A DNA stretch of 64,000 nucleotides from an uncultured bacterium. GTDB taxonomy: Bacteria; Patescibacteriota; Saccharimonadia; Saccharimonadales; 2-12-FULL-41-12. The stretch lies in assembly GCA_963834265.1 (NCBI GenBank), contig CAWIAU010000001.1, positions 469,523 through 533,522 of the forward strand, given 5' to 3'. Below the pieces are notes generated by a model. The model worked only from the letters and a program-made list of their open reading frames with translations, did not search any database and was not told where the DNA came from. The position numbers were made by a program, and so were the translations under genes. Within the stretch, counting starts at the first letter, position 1, and the number at the start of each line of letters is the position of its first letter. Positions 1 through 9,696 of the stretch are shown here, in pieces.

Positions 1-57
1 ATCAGGAACTTTTCGGGCCTGAGACAATCCATGGAAAAATTACTAAAGATAATTTTG
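1..57 (+). repeat. Structured intergenic element, type A (inner end only; cut by window edge)
   Basis: Near-identical to the reverse complement of 5181-5236 (caggaacttttcgggcctgag...cca[t/a]ggaaaaattactaaagataatttt); CCATGG at 29-34. Confidence 0.85.
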
Positions 58-69
58 ATTTATAAGAAG

Positions 70-324
70 TTATTGAGAGTTTGGGGGTTGTTGTCCGGAA
101 AGTATTGCTAATGTGCCGGGGCTGACTCTGAGTGTTAGTGTTCTGTCAAAATGACGTCCTATGGCCGGATGTGTGCCCGGATCTCCTAATTCTCTTAACC
201 CAGCGGATATCTGTGCAATGTGTAAACCTGCCGTGGCGCCTTCTTCTCCCATTAAACTTGTAACCGGAGGTAATTCCGGCTCAAATTGTCTACCTTGCCC
301 CCCCTCGTAGTTGGCCTCTGGCAT
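70..324 (-). CDS. Hypothetical orphan protein (84 aa) between an A/B repeat pair
   Basis: ORF with AGGAG-like RBS and a TATAAT-like -10 upstream; no recognisable motif. Confidence 0.55.
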   Translation of the reverse strand: MPEANYEGGQGRQFEPELPPVTSLMGEEGATAGLHIAQISAGLRELGDPGTHPAIGRHFDRTLTLRVSPGTLAILSGQQPPNSQ

Positions 325-404
325 AAAGTTCTCTCCTATAATTTTCTCTTAACAATGAGATTATACCATAGGATTCTTATGCATCTTTTTTTGATCAATT
401 ATGT

Positions 405-668
405 CGAAGTCCATGGATTTTACCAGCATTTGCCGGAACGGATTGATGCTCAATCAAATTGGCTTAAATCACTGATACGAAATCAGTTTTGCTTCTCATA
501 TAAATAATAAAGCGGGACCGACCAAAGGGAGTCTTTCGTATCAAAGGCTATTCTGGTATTGGGTGGCAGACATTTGATTGGCAACCGCCGCGGCTCTTTT
601 GAATACTTTTCTAGCTGAAGAGAAAAGTAGGTCGAGCCGACCTTCAGGTCGGGCTGAAACTGATTTTT
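405..668 (-). repeat. Structured intergenic element, type B
   Basis: Reverse complement reads aaatcagtttca-hairpin-ctacttttct..agaaaagta-..ggttgccaa..long hairpin..ggcaaatgctgg..ccatggac; aligns with 4837-5163, 28041-28295 and 30651-30895. Confidence 0.85.
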
Positions 669-703
669 CTAATCACTAATCCCTAAAACCTAATCACTTA
701 CTC

Positions 704-2998
704 TCACTTCTTCGCAGTTTTGCGTTTGAAGGAGCGTTTTTTGCGGGCCGGGGCTTTGGCCAGCATTTCTTTGGCTGTGGCCTCGTCAATATCTTCAGCT
801 TTCATATCTTTGGGGATGCGGGCATTCTTTTTGCCGTCGGTAATGTATGCACCGTAGGGGCCATTGACAATTGATACGCCGTTTTTGAATTGCGCCACAT
901 ACTTATTTGCATCTTTTTCAAGTTTTTCTTTGTAGAGTTGAAGAGCTTCTTCTATTGTAATTTGCATAGGATCAAGGGGTTTAATCGACACAAATAACTT
1001 GTCTACCTGAATATAGGGACCAAAGCGGCCAATGTTAGCCTTAATTTCTTTGCCGTCCTCGGTCTTCCCTACTGTACGCGGCAATTTGAACATATCCAGC
1101 GCCTGCTCGAAAGTAACTGTCTTGAGGTTTGCACCATCAGGCAAAGGCGCAAAGACCGGCTTCTCATCATCTTCTGTCTCACCCATCTGCAACATCGGGC
1201 CGTAACGGCCGTAACGGGCAACAATTGGCTTGTTTGTCTTTGGATCAACACCCAGAGCTCTGGACTTGCTTGTTTCCTGCCGGTTAGCAGCATCAGATTT
1301 GGCAACAAGCGGATGAAAAGATTCATAAAATGTAGCAATAGTCTTATTCCAACTCTGTTTACCTTCGGCAATTTTGTCAAAATCAGCTTCGGCTTTGGCC
1401 GTAAAGTCGTAGTCCATAATCGGCGCGAAATACTGCAGCAAAAAATCTGTCGTCATATCGGCCAGATAGGTTGGTAATAACTTGCTCCGCTCTACGCCGG
1501 TTAACTCTGTAGTTGTTTCGCGGGTGACAATCTTGTCTTTCAGTGTCAGATTCCGGAGATCGCGACTACGTCCCTCTGAGTCAGCTTTCTCGACATAACC
1601 GCGACTTTGAATGGTAGAAATAGTCGGGGCGTAAGTGCTGGGTCGCCCGATACCGAGCTCTTCCAGCTTTTTCACCAGTGAGGCCTCTGAGTATCTTGCC
1701 GGTGGACGATCGAACGATTCTATCGCATGTATATAATTCAGTTTGAGGTCGCTTCCATCTGCTACCTGCGGCAATATGGTATCGTCTTTGCCACCACCAT
1801 AGACGCGAAGATAACCATCAAAAGTCAGAACTTCACCTTTAGCCAGTAATACTTCCGGCCGGCCGGAGATGCTTATAGTAAGCTCTGCCCTTTCCAGTTG
1901 CGCACCGGACATCTGACTGGCCAGAGCACGGCGCCAGACAAGCTGATATAAACGATTTTGCTGTTCATCTGCTCCGGCACTAAGAATATTGAAATCCGTA
2001 GGTCTGATAGCTTCGTGGGCTTCCTGTGCGCTTGCGTTCTTTGTCGTGTATTGGCGGGTAGTGTGATAATTACTACCGTAAGTCTTTTCAATATATTGAG
2101 CGGCTGCTGATAAAGCTGTATTCGAGAGGTTCGTACTGTCGGTACGCATATATGTGATATGGCCATTTTCGTATAATCTCTGCGCCAGAGTCATGGTCTG
2201 CCGAACGCTGAAGCCAAGTTTGGCCGAAGCTTCCTGTTGCAGACTACTTGTCGTAAAAGGGGCCGCGGGGTTGCGAACGCCGGCCTTTTTCTCAGATCCG
2301 GCAACAGTGAAGGTGCTGTCTGCTACGCCATTCAGAAAATCTTCGACAGTCTGTTCATCTGGTAATTGCTTTGGCAGTATGGCTTTGAGCTCATCACCTC
2401 CCGCATCGAAATAAGCGCTGACTTTAAACTGCGAGTTACTGGTGAACTTCTCAATCTCACGTTCGCGCTCGACAATTAGCCGTACTGCAACAGACTGTAC
2501 GCGGCCGGCACTGAGCCCGGTCTGGACCTTTTTCCACAGCACAGGAGACAGCTCATAGCCTACGAGACGGTCCAGCACGCGCCGTGCCTGCTGGGCGTCT
2601 ACCAGATTTATATCAACGGTACGGGGATTTTTGACAGCCGCGTCAATTGCAGGTTTAGTGATCTCATGGAATACAATCCGTTTAGTAGTCTCAGGTTTAA
2701 GTCCCAAAGCATGGCACAGATGCCAGGCAATTGCTTCTCCTTCCCGGTCTTCATCAGAGGCCAACCAGACTGTTTCAGAGCTTTTGGCCGCTTTTTTGAG
2801 GTCATTTACAACTTTTTTCTTGTCGTCTGCTATTTCGTAAGTTGGCTCGAAACCGTTTTCTTTGTCAATTGAGAGACCTTTTTTAGGTAAATCACGGATA
2901 TGGCCGAAACTGCTCATGACCGTGAAGTCACTACCGAGATATTTCTCTATGGTTTTGCCCTTGGCCGGGCTCTCAACAATTACCAGATTTTTACTCAT
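704..2998 (-). CDS. topA: DNA topoisomerase I
   Basis: Toprim LVIVESPAK, DEDREGEAI, SAGRVQS and catalytic ITYMRTD motifs; C-terminal repeats. Confidence 0.98.
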   Translation of the reverse strand: MSKNLVIVESPAKGKTIEKYLGSDFTVMSSFGHIRDLPKKGLSIDKENGFEPTYEIADDKKKVVNDLKKAAKSSETVWLASDEDREGEAIAWHLCHALGLKPETTKRIVFHEITKPAIDAAVKNPRTVDINLVDAQQARRVLDRLVGYELSPVLWKKVQTGLSAGRVQSVAVRLIVEREREIEKFTSNSQFKVSAYFDAGGDELKAILPKQLPDEQTVEDFLNGVADSTFTVAGSEKKAGVRNPAAPFTTSSLQQEASAKLGFSVRQTMTLAQRLYENGHITYMRTDSTNLSNTALSAAAQYIEKTYGSNYHTTRQYTTKNASAQEAHEAIRPTDFNILSAGADEQQNRLYQLVWRRALASQMSGAQLERAELTISISGRPEVLLAKGEVLTFDGYLRVYGGGKDDTILPQVADGSDLKLNYIHAIESFDRPPARYSEASLVKKLEELGIGRPSTYAPTISTIQSRGYVEKADSEGRSRDLRNLTLKDKIVTRETTTELTGVERSKLLPTYLADMTTDFLLQYFAPIMDYDFTAKAEADFDKIAEGKQSWNKTIATFYESFHPLVAKSDAANRQETSKSRALGVDPKTNKPIVARYGRYGPMLQMGETEDDEKPVFAPLPDGANLKTVTFEQALDMFKLPRTVGKTEDGKEIKANIGRFGPYIQVDKLFVSIKPLDPMQITIEEALQLYKEKLEKDANKYVAQFKNGVSIVNGPYGAYITDGKKNARIPKDMKAEDIDEATAKEMLAKAPARKKRSFKRKTAKK

Positions 2999-3150
2999 GC
3001 ATCTCCGGATTATTCAAATAAAGTTGTAATGGTTAGTATACCCTACTCTTATAAAGGACAAGTTTCAAGCCTACGATGCTTGCTAAGCCTAGTCAAGAGG
3101 TTTGGAATAATCCTTATGGTATAATATTATCAATCTAAAGAGAGATCAAA

Positions 3151-4821
3151 ATGTATAAAAGCTTTATAAACGGGTTGATACTCGCAGTATTGCTGACAGC
3201 AACTTTGTTGCAGGCCGCTACTCCTGTCTTTGCAGCCACATCAATCAGACTGTACCTGAATCCCGGGTCAAGGACTGTTACGAACGGTACGGCTTTCGCT
3301 GTACAGATGCGTCTGAGCAAAAACGACAACACATTTGTCAAACACGTCCGGGCCAGCCTCAACTTTCCTGCAGATAAGCTGGCAGTGAGTTCGATCTCTT
3401 CTGCGGGCAGCTACTTTATTGTCCCGGAGGGCGTCGGGGCAACTTATAATAACAGCACCGGAACGGTTACATACGAAGGCGGTAATGATGATTCTGCAAA
3501 TGCAGGAGACTTTCTGGTCGCAACCATCAACTTCGTGACTAAGAGTCCGGGCACTGCGGGTGTGATATTTAATGGTCAGTCCAGGGCTACCTTTACGAGC
3601 AATGGCGAGAATCGTCTGACTGGTACAACAGGCGGTACATATACTATTAGTTCTCCACCCGCGCCCCCTCCACCGCCAGGCCCGTCACCACCCCCCCCGC
3701 CCGGTCCGTCTCCGTCACCACCCCCCGCCGGCAATCCGGTTATACCGCCAATCCTTTCTATACCTGCGCCAGCATCACCTCTGTCACCTGGTGGTATCAG
3801 GCCCGCACCAGGCGCCCCTACATCAACTCCTGCCAATCCACCACCAGGTACAGCTCCTGATACTGAAGATATCAACAATGAATATTCTCCTGAATCCGGT
3901 CCCGTATTTCAGGTAAGTAACATACAAGTGACTGAAGTTACCAGCAGTTCGGCTATTATCAGCTGGGAGACAGCTCAGGGGACTACCGGTACAGCAATAA
4001 GTTATGGAACTGATGCCAAAAACCTCAGGAATGTTCGTCAGGCAGGCGATCCACTGTCTGATGTGAGAATAAAAATTGATAAACTTCCCTCCGGTAAGAC
4101 AATATATTATGAGATAACTGCTGTAGATGGAAGTCAACAGGCAGTACATAAGGGCAGTTTCAAAACCGTTAACGGACCTTTCTGGGCTTCGAATCTTTTC
4201 CGGGGTTTCATGATTCTAACGGGGCTGATACTACTTTTAGGATTATTATTCTTTCTGTTCAGAAAAAATCATCATCGTCGTCATGCAAAATCCGGTCTTT
4301 CTCCGGCGCTTCAGAATACCAGAGCTCCATCACCGTCTGAAGCATCAGCAATTCTGAGCGCAGTAGCTACCTCTCACAAAAAGCAGACGGCAAAAATCAG
4401 TTCGCCTGCTCCATCACCGCCACCTCCGAAAATAATGCCCTTGCCGCCACCTCAGCTACCGCATATTGATCCGGCAATTAGCAAATTCGCGCCGATACCG
4501 GAATCCGTCACGAATATAGAGCCACAGCCACAATCTTCTGCGCATAAGCACGAAAAGTCTTCGGTGCCGGCTCCTCCTAATGTACCTGTACTTCCTCCCG
4601 CGACCACTCCTGAGCCTATCCCGTATACCGGCAAGGCTTCTACCTCTGCAAATCCCAGCACGCACTGGCCATGGACTGCCGAAGGCCAGACTACTCCGGC
4701 TGGTGCCGCTGCGACGAAATCAAAGCTACAGGAATATAAGGACGAACCCGACATGTTTGAGCTTGGTGAAGCCCGCCTGAAACAGGAAGAAGCGGAGCTG
4801 GCAAAGAAAAATCCAAAATAG
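3151..4821 (+). CDS. Surface/membrane protein: signal peptide, cohesin-like domain, Pro-rich linker, FN3-like domain, TM helix, Pro-rich tail
   Basis: Hydrophobic N-terminus, beta-rich domain, SSAIISWET..YG..YYEITA FN3 pattern, TM segment near aa 350-370. Confidence 0.7.
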   Translation: MYKSFINGLILAVLLTATLLQAATPVFAATSIRLYLNPGSRTVTNGTAFAVQMRLSKNDNTFVKHVRASLNFPADKLAVSSISSAGSYFIVPEGVGATYNNSTGTVTYEGGNDDSANAGDFLVATINFVTKSPGTAGVIFNGQSRATFTSNGENRLTGTTGGTYTISSPPAPPPPPGPSPPPPPGPSPSPPPAGNPVIPPILSIPAPASPLSPGGIRPAPGAPTSTPANPPPGTAPDTEDINNEYSPESGPVFQVSNIQVTEVTSSSAIISWETAQGTTGTAISYGTDAKNLRNVRQAGDPLSDVRIKIDKLPSGKTIYYEITAVDGSQQAVHKGSFKTVNGPFWASNLFRGFMILTGLILLLGLLFFLFRKNHHRRHAKSGLSPALQNTRAPSPSEASAILSAVATSHKKQTAKISSPAPSPPPPKIMPLPPPQLPHIDPAISKFAPIPESVTNIEPQPQSSAHKHEKSSVPAPPNVPVLPPATTPEPIPYTGKASTSANPSTHWPWTAEGQTTPAGAAATKSKLQEYKDEPDMFELGEARLKQEEAELAKKNPK

Positions 4822-4836
4822 ATACATTTTTATAAT

Positions 4837-5163
4837 TTAAATCCAGTTTTATGACGACTTGAAAAGTCGCCCCGAGTCACTTTCTTGTGCCAACAAAAAC
4901 CATGTTCTTCCGACGAAGAACCAAGTCGATACTTTTACCAACAGCTGCAAAAGTATCCAAAAAGAGCCGCAGCGGTTGCCAAAACAAAGACTGTCACTCA
5001 AAACCAGGTTAACCTGTGACATGGAAAACTCCCTCTGGTCGGCCCTGTTCTATTTTATTAGCAGAACGAACAGGGCTGGTTCCATGCCAATGATTCAGAT
5101 CAACCTGAATGAGCGTCAATCCGTTTTGCCAAATGCTGGATGGAACCATGGACTAAAGTATTT
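4837..5163 (+). repeat. Structured intergenic element, type B (duplicated outer module)
   Basis: Shares gttcttccgacgaagaaccaagtc..tactttt..aaaagtatcc with 30651 and ttttgccaaatgctg with the other B copies; ends ccatggactaaagtatt. Confidence 0.88.
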
Positions 5164-5180
5164 TTATTTATAAATAATCC

Positions 5181-5455
5181 AAAATTATCTTTAGTAATTT
5201 TTCCTTGGATTTCTCTCAGGCCCGAAAAGTTCCTGAGGAGCGAGTGCCAAAAGCACAATTAGAGCCGAAGCAATGTTTGAGACATTTCCTCTTTGAGTAT
5301 AGTTAAGAAATGTTGAGTTTGCTGAGCATTGTGGTTTTGACAATGAGATCCTAAAGAATCTTTTCGTCGCCTGTTGTTTCTTTGCCTACTTTCTGGTCAA
5401 CACAAGAAAGTAGGTTGAGGTGACTCTAAAGAGTCAACTTGAAATGGGTTTTATA
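5181..5455 (-). repeat. Structured intergenic element, type A
   Basis: Strong similarity to 31512-31765 (caggcccgaaaagttcctga..gcgagtgccaaaag..; ctactttctggtcaacacaagaaagtagg). Confidence 0.9.
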
Positions 5456-5467
5456 AAAATAATAACT

Positions 5468-6328
5468 TTATTTGAGTTTCCAGTGATTATTTCCCAGCGG
5501 GTGGAGGACGCCTTTGATTTCCAGCATAGTCAGATGTTGTTGGAATTGCTCTACGGGCAGATCGCTTTTGAGTAGCAGTTCATGGCCGTCCTGAGATCCG
5601 CCCCGAAGATGGACCAGTATAGCCTCTTCCTCTACATTTTCGGCGTAATACTTATGTTGTGTCTCTTGTGTTGTGATATTAATATTCATTGCCTCAAAGA
5701 TATCCCCGATACATGTCACGGGCGTAGCGCCTATTTTGATCAGGTTATTCGTACCGGCACTGGTCGGACTGGTAATGTTGCCGGGTACAACCAGTACCGT
5801 TTTGCCTTGCTCCATGGCAAAACGAGCAGTATGCAGACTACCACTTCTTTCAGCAGCTTCTGTTACCAGCAAAGCATCGGAAAAGCCGGCAATGATCCGG
5901 TTGCGCTCAATAAAGCTCCCCTGATGCGGACGCGCTGCATTTTCGTATTCGCTTACCAGCAAACCACCGGATTCTGTGATTTGTCGTGCCAGACTGTGGT
6001 GACTGGCAGGATAGATAGCTTTGACCCCGCCCGGGAGCACTGCAATAGTCGTGCCATGTGTATCAAGCGCTGCTTTATGAGCAATGCTGTCTACTCCCAA
6101 AGCGAGTCCGCTGACTATTACAATTCCCTGCCTTGACGCAGCAGATGTCAGATCGGTGGTAATTGTTCTGCCGTACGGAGTGATATTTCTTGATCCGACA
6201 ACACCAAGTACCGGATTCTGAAGTAATATTTCCAGGTCAGCCCCCATGCAGGTTAATTGCTTTGGTATCTGAGGCAACTGCTTTAGTCTTTCAGGGAGTT
6301 CGTTACAAGATAATATTGTCGGTTTCAT
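5468..6328 (-). CDS. dprA: DNA-processing protein DprA
   Basis: VVGSR, IVSGLALGVD..AH, ERNRII, EAAERSGSLHTA, GTNNLIK motifs. Confidence 0.96.
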   Translation of the reverse strand: MKPTILSCNELPERLKQLPQIPKQLTCMGADLEILLQNPVLGVVGSRNITPYGRTITTDLTSAASRQGIVIVSGLALGVDSIAHKAALDTHGTTIAVLPGGVKAIYPASHHSLARQITESGGLLVSEYENAARPHQGSFIERNRIIAGFSDALLVTEAAERSGSLHTARFAMEQGKTVLVVPGNITSPTSAGTNNLIKIGATPVTCIGDIFEAMNINITTQETQHKYYAENVEEEAILVHLRGGSQDGHELLLKSDLPVEQFQQHLTMLEIKGVLHPLGNNHWKLK

Positions 6329-6370
6329 TTTTTCATCAAGTTGTTATTTATACAAAATAAGTTTAAGGTA

Positions 6371-6399
6371 TTGACATAAAGTAATATTTTTGCTATTAT
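6371..6399 (+). promoter_or_regulatory. Sigma70 promoter
   Basis: TTGACA (6371-6376), 17 bp spacer, TG-n-TATTAT (6394-6399). Confidence 0.75.
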
Positions 6400-6404
6400 T
6401 GCAA

Positions 6405-6758
6405 CTTGTAAGTCCCGTTTAGCGGGATTTTCGTACCTTACACCCAATGTTTGTCCGACAGGCTTGCCTGGGAGACATTCGTTAGATTGTTTTAGAGTTT
6501 ATACTAAGTTGTACCCTCCGCTTAGTATATATTATCTTACGACTTGTCGTGAGAACTCTAAAACAAGCTAACCCCTTTAACTACAACCATTAAAGTGAGT
6601 CTGAATGATTCCGTCTTACGACGGAGACACAGGTCCGTATATACTACCTGGACATTGATGTTTCGCTGGGTGGGTTGAAGGGTGTTTTTTGAGCTTGACA
6701 GGTTCGAGCTCTGTAAGGAGCTTCCAGCGGTGCCCACCCCCTCTGGAAGCTCCTTTTA
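6405..6758 (+). ncRNA. Candidate structured non-coding RNA (~350 nt), family unknown
   Basis: Promoter upstream, no long ORF, several near-perfect helices (6481-6499/6554-6572; 6500-6508/6521-6529; 6535-6543/6546-6554; 6609-6626), terminal hairpin plus U-tract. Confidence 0.6.
6715..6758 (+). terminator. Intrinsic terminator
   Basis: aaggagcttccag / ctggaagctcctt stem followed by a T-run. Confidence 0.7.
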
Positions 6759-6949
6759 GTTATTATTGCCCACCCGGCCATAATTTTTTGCTAAAAATTT
6801 GCCTGGGTTTGCCTCATCGTCGACACATTTCCGGACTGACATAAGGCCACTGGCATTTTTCACCTTCGGAAGCTCATTGTACTTATAATTTAATTATATA
6901 TTTTGCGAAAAGTACATAACATACTATAATAAGTAACAGATGTAAGGAA

Positions 6950-7423
6950 ATGTTTATGAAACTATTATCCATTGAGATGCCGGAACGTACATTGCGAGCA
7001 AGAATCGTGGCTCAATTAGAACCAACTGAACAGATACGATTATATAACCTGGCTCAGGCTTCGGCAGTTACTGCGTTCTATGATTTGATCGGGTACCCTT
7101 TGAACAGGAATATTGCATTTAGTACAAGAAAGTATAATTTTGATTTTCCCGATGGGGTCGTTTTGACTAGCAGGTCAATTACGCCCCCGGGGCTAAACAC
7201 TATATTATTAGGGCTCTTAACCAGAGATAGCGGAGAGATCACTGATTTGGGCCATAAAATTGATCTGATAAATCCTGACGGGTCTGTGGGCGAGAGAGTA
7301 TTCAACGGGCTACTGACGCATTCCCCTGAAGGAATAGTGAGCCCCTCCGAAGTTGCTACGATGGAAGCCGCTGCGGATATACTGGCAGTAGCATGTGTAG
7401 AATCAGGAATTGGCTTACGTTAA
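6950..7423 (+). CDS. Hypothetical orphan protein
   Basis: 157 aa ORF with its own TTGCGA/TATAAT promoter and AAGGA RBS. Confidence 0.6.
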   Translation: MFMKLLSIEMPERTLRARIVAQLEPTEQIRLYNLAQASAVTAFYDLIGYPLNRNIAFSTRKYNFDFPDGVVLTSRSITPPGLNTILLGLLTRDSGEITDLGHKIDLINPDGSVGERVFNGLLTHSPEGIVSPSEVATMEAAADILAVACVESGIGLR

Positions 7424-7437
7424 TATTTTTTTAGCTT

Positions 7438-8094
7438 TTAGATTATGAAGCTGCGGGTTTCGGCATTCAGCCGGGCGTTCCCGTAGATATATTCTGTCAG
7501 AATACTATTTGTTTCCCGTGTGAGAGAATCGAGATGCTTTGTTTCCTCTGTTGTGAACCTAGCGAGTACAAAATCTGTACTATCGATTTGCTCTGGTTTT
7601 TTGGGTCCGATTCCTATCCGCATACGTCCTGATTCTTCCCCGCCATGCTGAATGATCGATTTGATACCGTTGTGTCCGGCAGGACTGCCGCCAATTCGTG
7701 TGCGAATCTGGCCGAAATCTATATCCAGTTCATCGTAAACAATTAGTGTTTTGGAAACATCAATGCGGTAAAAATGCTGTACCGCCTGCATCGCTTCCCC
7801 GCTCAGGTTCATAAGGGTGACAGGCTTGATCAATACGACACGTACACTGCCCATAGTAAGGATAGAGATCATACACTTCAGATCTTTTTTGATAATCCAG
7901 TCCGGAAATTCCTGCTTATCAGCAAACTGATCTAACACCGCAAACCCGATATTATGCCGGGTGCCTTCATATTCTTTGCCAATATTTCCCAGTCCCACAA
8001 TCAATACATTGGTTTCGAGCCCAACAGAGTAGATAGGTATACTACTGCCAACATCGGGTTTTTTCTGAAATAATGCCATTAAAAAGCTCCCCAA
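7438..8094 (-). CDS. pth: Peptidyl-tRNA hydrolase
   Basis: IVGLGN, TRHNIGF, MNLSGEA, GHNGIKS motifs; true start may be the MALF codon at 8079. Confidence 0.96.
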   Translation of the reverse strand: MGSFLMALFQKKPDVGSSIPIYSVGLETNVLIVGLGNIGKEYEGTRHNIGFAVLDQFADKQEFPDWIIKKDLKCMISILTMGSVRVVLIKPVTLMNLSGEAMQAVQHFYRIDVSKTLIVYDELDIDFGQIRTRIGGSPAGHNGIKSIIQHGGEESGRMRIGIGPKKPEQIDSTDFVLARFTTEETKHLDSLTRETNSILTEYIYGNARLNAETRSFII

Positions 8095-8171
8095 GAGTTA
8101 ATTTGCCATTGAGGATTAACAATAAGCAATAAATCAGCGATGAACGATTGGCTATGAAAGTCTGTTCCCGA

Positions 8172-8226
8172 ATTGTAAATTGCTAACTGATAATTCATTG
8201 AACATTGTAAATTGCTAACTGATAAT
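8172..8226. repeat. 23 bp direct repeat, two copies
   Basis: attgtaaattgctaactgataat at 8172-8194 and 8204-8226. Confidence 0.8.
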
Positions 8227-8239
8227 CTGAAAAATAAAT

Positions 8240-9616
8240 TCATGATTTATTTTCTTTGGTAGGGCTTTCGCCGTGTTTGTGGCGGCCGGCTTTTTCGATG
8301 AACCATAACTGGACAGATGTGCCCTCGTAGCCGAATTCACGGCGCATTTCTGTCTCCAGGTATCGTTTGTAGCTCCAGTGAAGAAATTTGGTATGCGCAC
8401 CGAATATTTTGAATGCAGGAATCGGATTATCATCTTCCTGAACGATATAGTTGAGCTTCGGTGCGCGGTTCCTGAGTCCGGCGGGCGGATGCTTCTCTGC
8501 CACACGGCGCAGCCAGCGGTTAAGTTCGGTGGTTTTGAGCCGTTTGGTACGTTGTTCCATAATATCCATGACAAGAGTATAGATCTGAGTTACATTCTGA
8601 CCCGTTATGCTGCTGGTAAATATTACGGGTGCCCATGGAATAAACTCATAATTACTCTTAATGCGGGGTGTTAATGTGTCCCTGGTATAAGCGTCTTTGT
8701 CTTCGACATCATCCCATTTGCTCACCACGAGAATGAGCCCTTTTCCTGCTTCTTTGATCATACCTGCGATTTTCTGGTCCAGCTGGACATTCAGTTCGCT
8801 GGCGTCCATGAGCAGTAAGCACACGTCTGCCTCTTCGATGGCCGACAATGCGCGGATTACACTGAACTTCTCTACTCCCCGCTCTATCTTACCACTGCGT
8901 CGTATGCCTGCCGTATCGAGTAATTCAATCTCACGCTGGTCGTATTTGATAACTGTACGGTTGATGTCGCGAGTGGTGCCCGCCTTGTCAGCTACAATTG
9001 CCTGTTGCTTCTTAGCTAAGGCATTGAACAGGCTGGACTTGCCGACATTCGGACGTCCCAGCAAAGCTACTCTGATCCGGTCATCCGCTTCGCGAATAGT
9101 GCTCTTAGGCAAAATACCGGACAGATAATCCAGCAAATCATCGAGCCCACGTGCTTGTGTGACAGAGGTAGCAAAAATTTTTTTAATACCCAGTTTTTGA
9201 AGATGATCCGGGCTTTGGCCACGGACTTTGTCAACCTTATTGCCGATCAGTATCACTGGTTTCTTGCTTTTGAGAGCCATTTTGGCAACACGCCGGTCCT
9301 CCTCAGTAATTTGCAGATGTGCTTCGACTATAACTATGATCACATCCGCGCTATCTGCTGCCTGTGCAATCTGTTCCTGTATGGTAAATTCAAAGTCGTC
9401 CTCCGGACTTTTCATACCAGCTGTATCTACCAGCCAGAAATTATGCAGGTCTTTCCCATGCCCTATGGTGGCTTTGGCAATGATACTGTCGCGTGTTGTA
9501 CCAGGTTCATCAGCCACAATGGCTTCGCGTCGACTCAGAACAGCATTAAAGAGACTGGATTTACCCACGTTTGCTCGTCCCACAATTGCCACAATAGGCA
9601 CTTTCTTACTACTCAT
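8240..9616 (-). CDS. der: Ribosome biogenesis GTPase Der (EngA)
   Basis: Two tandem G domains (GRANVGKSS, GRPNVGKSS; GTTRD; DTAG) and a KH-like C-terminus. Confidence 0.97.
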   Translation of the reverse strand: MSSKKVPIVAIVGRANVGKSSLFNAVLSRREAIVADEPGTTRDSIIAKATIGHGKDLHNFWLVDTAGMKSPEDDFEFTIQEQIAQAADSADVIIVIVEAHLQITEEDRRVAKMALKSKKPVILIGNKVDKVRGQSPDHLQKLGIKKIFATSVTQARGLDDLLDYLSGILPKSTIREADDRIRVALLGRPNVGKSSLFNALAKKQQAIVADKAGTTRDINRTVIKYDQREIELLDTAGIRRSGKIERGVEKFSVIRALSAIEEADVCLLLMDASELNVQLDQKIAGMIKEAGKGLILVVSKWDDVEDKDAYTRDTLTPRIKSNYEFIPWAPVIFTSSITGQNVTQIYTLVMDIMEQRTKRLKTTELNRWLRRVAEKHPPAGLRNRAPKLNYIVQEDDNPIPAFKIFGAHTKFLHWSYKRYLETEMRREFGYEGTSVQLWFIEKAGRHKHGESPTKENKS

Positions 9617-9696
9617 TATTTATAGTATACCTCTGTTAACCTTAGTTGACAAGGTGAAAGAAATAGTGATATAAATATTACTTCGAACCAAAGAGG

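Noticed and set aside
3655-3730. C-rich repeats
   Set aside because: They encode a Pro-rich linker (PPPPPGPSP) and are not an independent DNA repeat.
4859-5173. 104 aa ORF (also 286-507, 27880-28134 and 28041-28238)
   Set aside because: They lie within or across the structured repeat elements, and the frames are not conserved between repeat copies, so they are probably spurious.
6489-6499. gttttagag resembling the start of a type II CRISPR repeat / tracrRNA duplex
   Set aside because: Only 9 nt match; there is no repeat-spacer array or cas gene in the window, and it is simply one arm of a helix.
8215-9674. Antisense and alternative-frame ORFs over der, and likewise over topA, gltX, guaA and others
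   Set aside because: Shadow ORFs of well-supported genes, with no motifs or independent signals.
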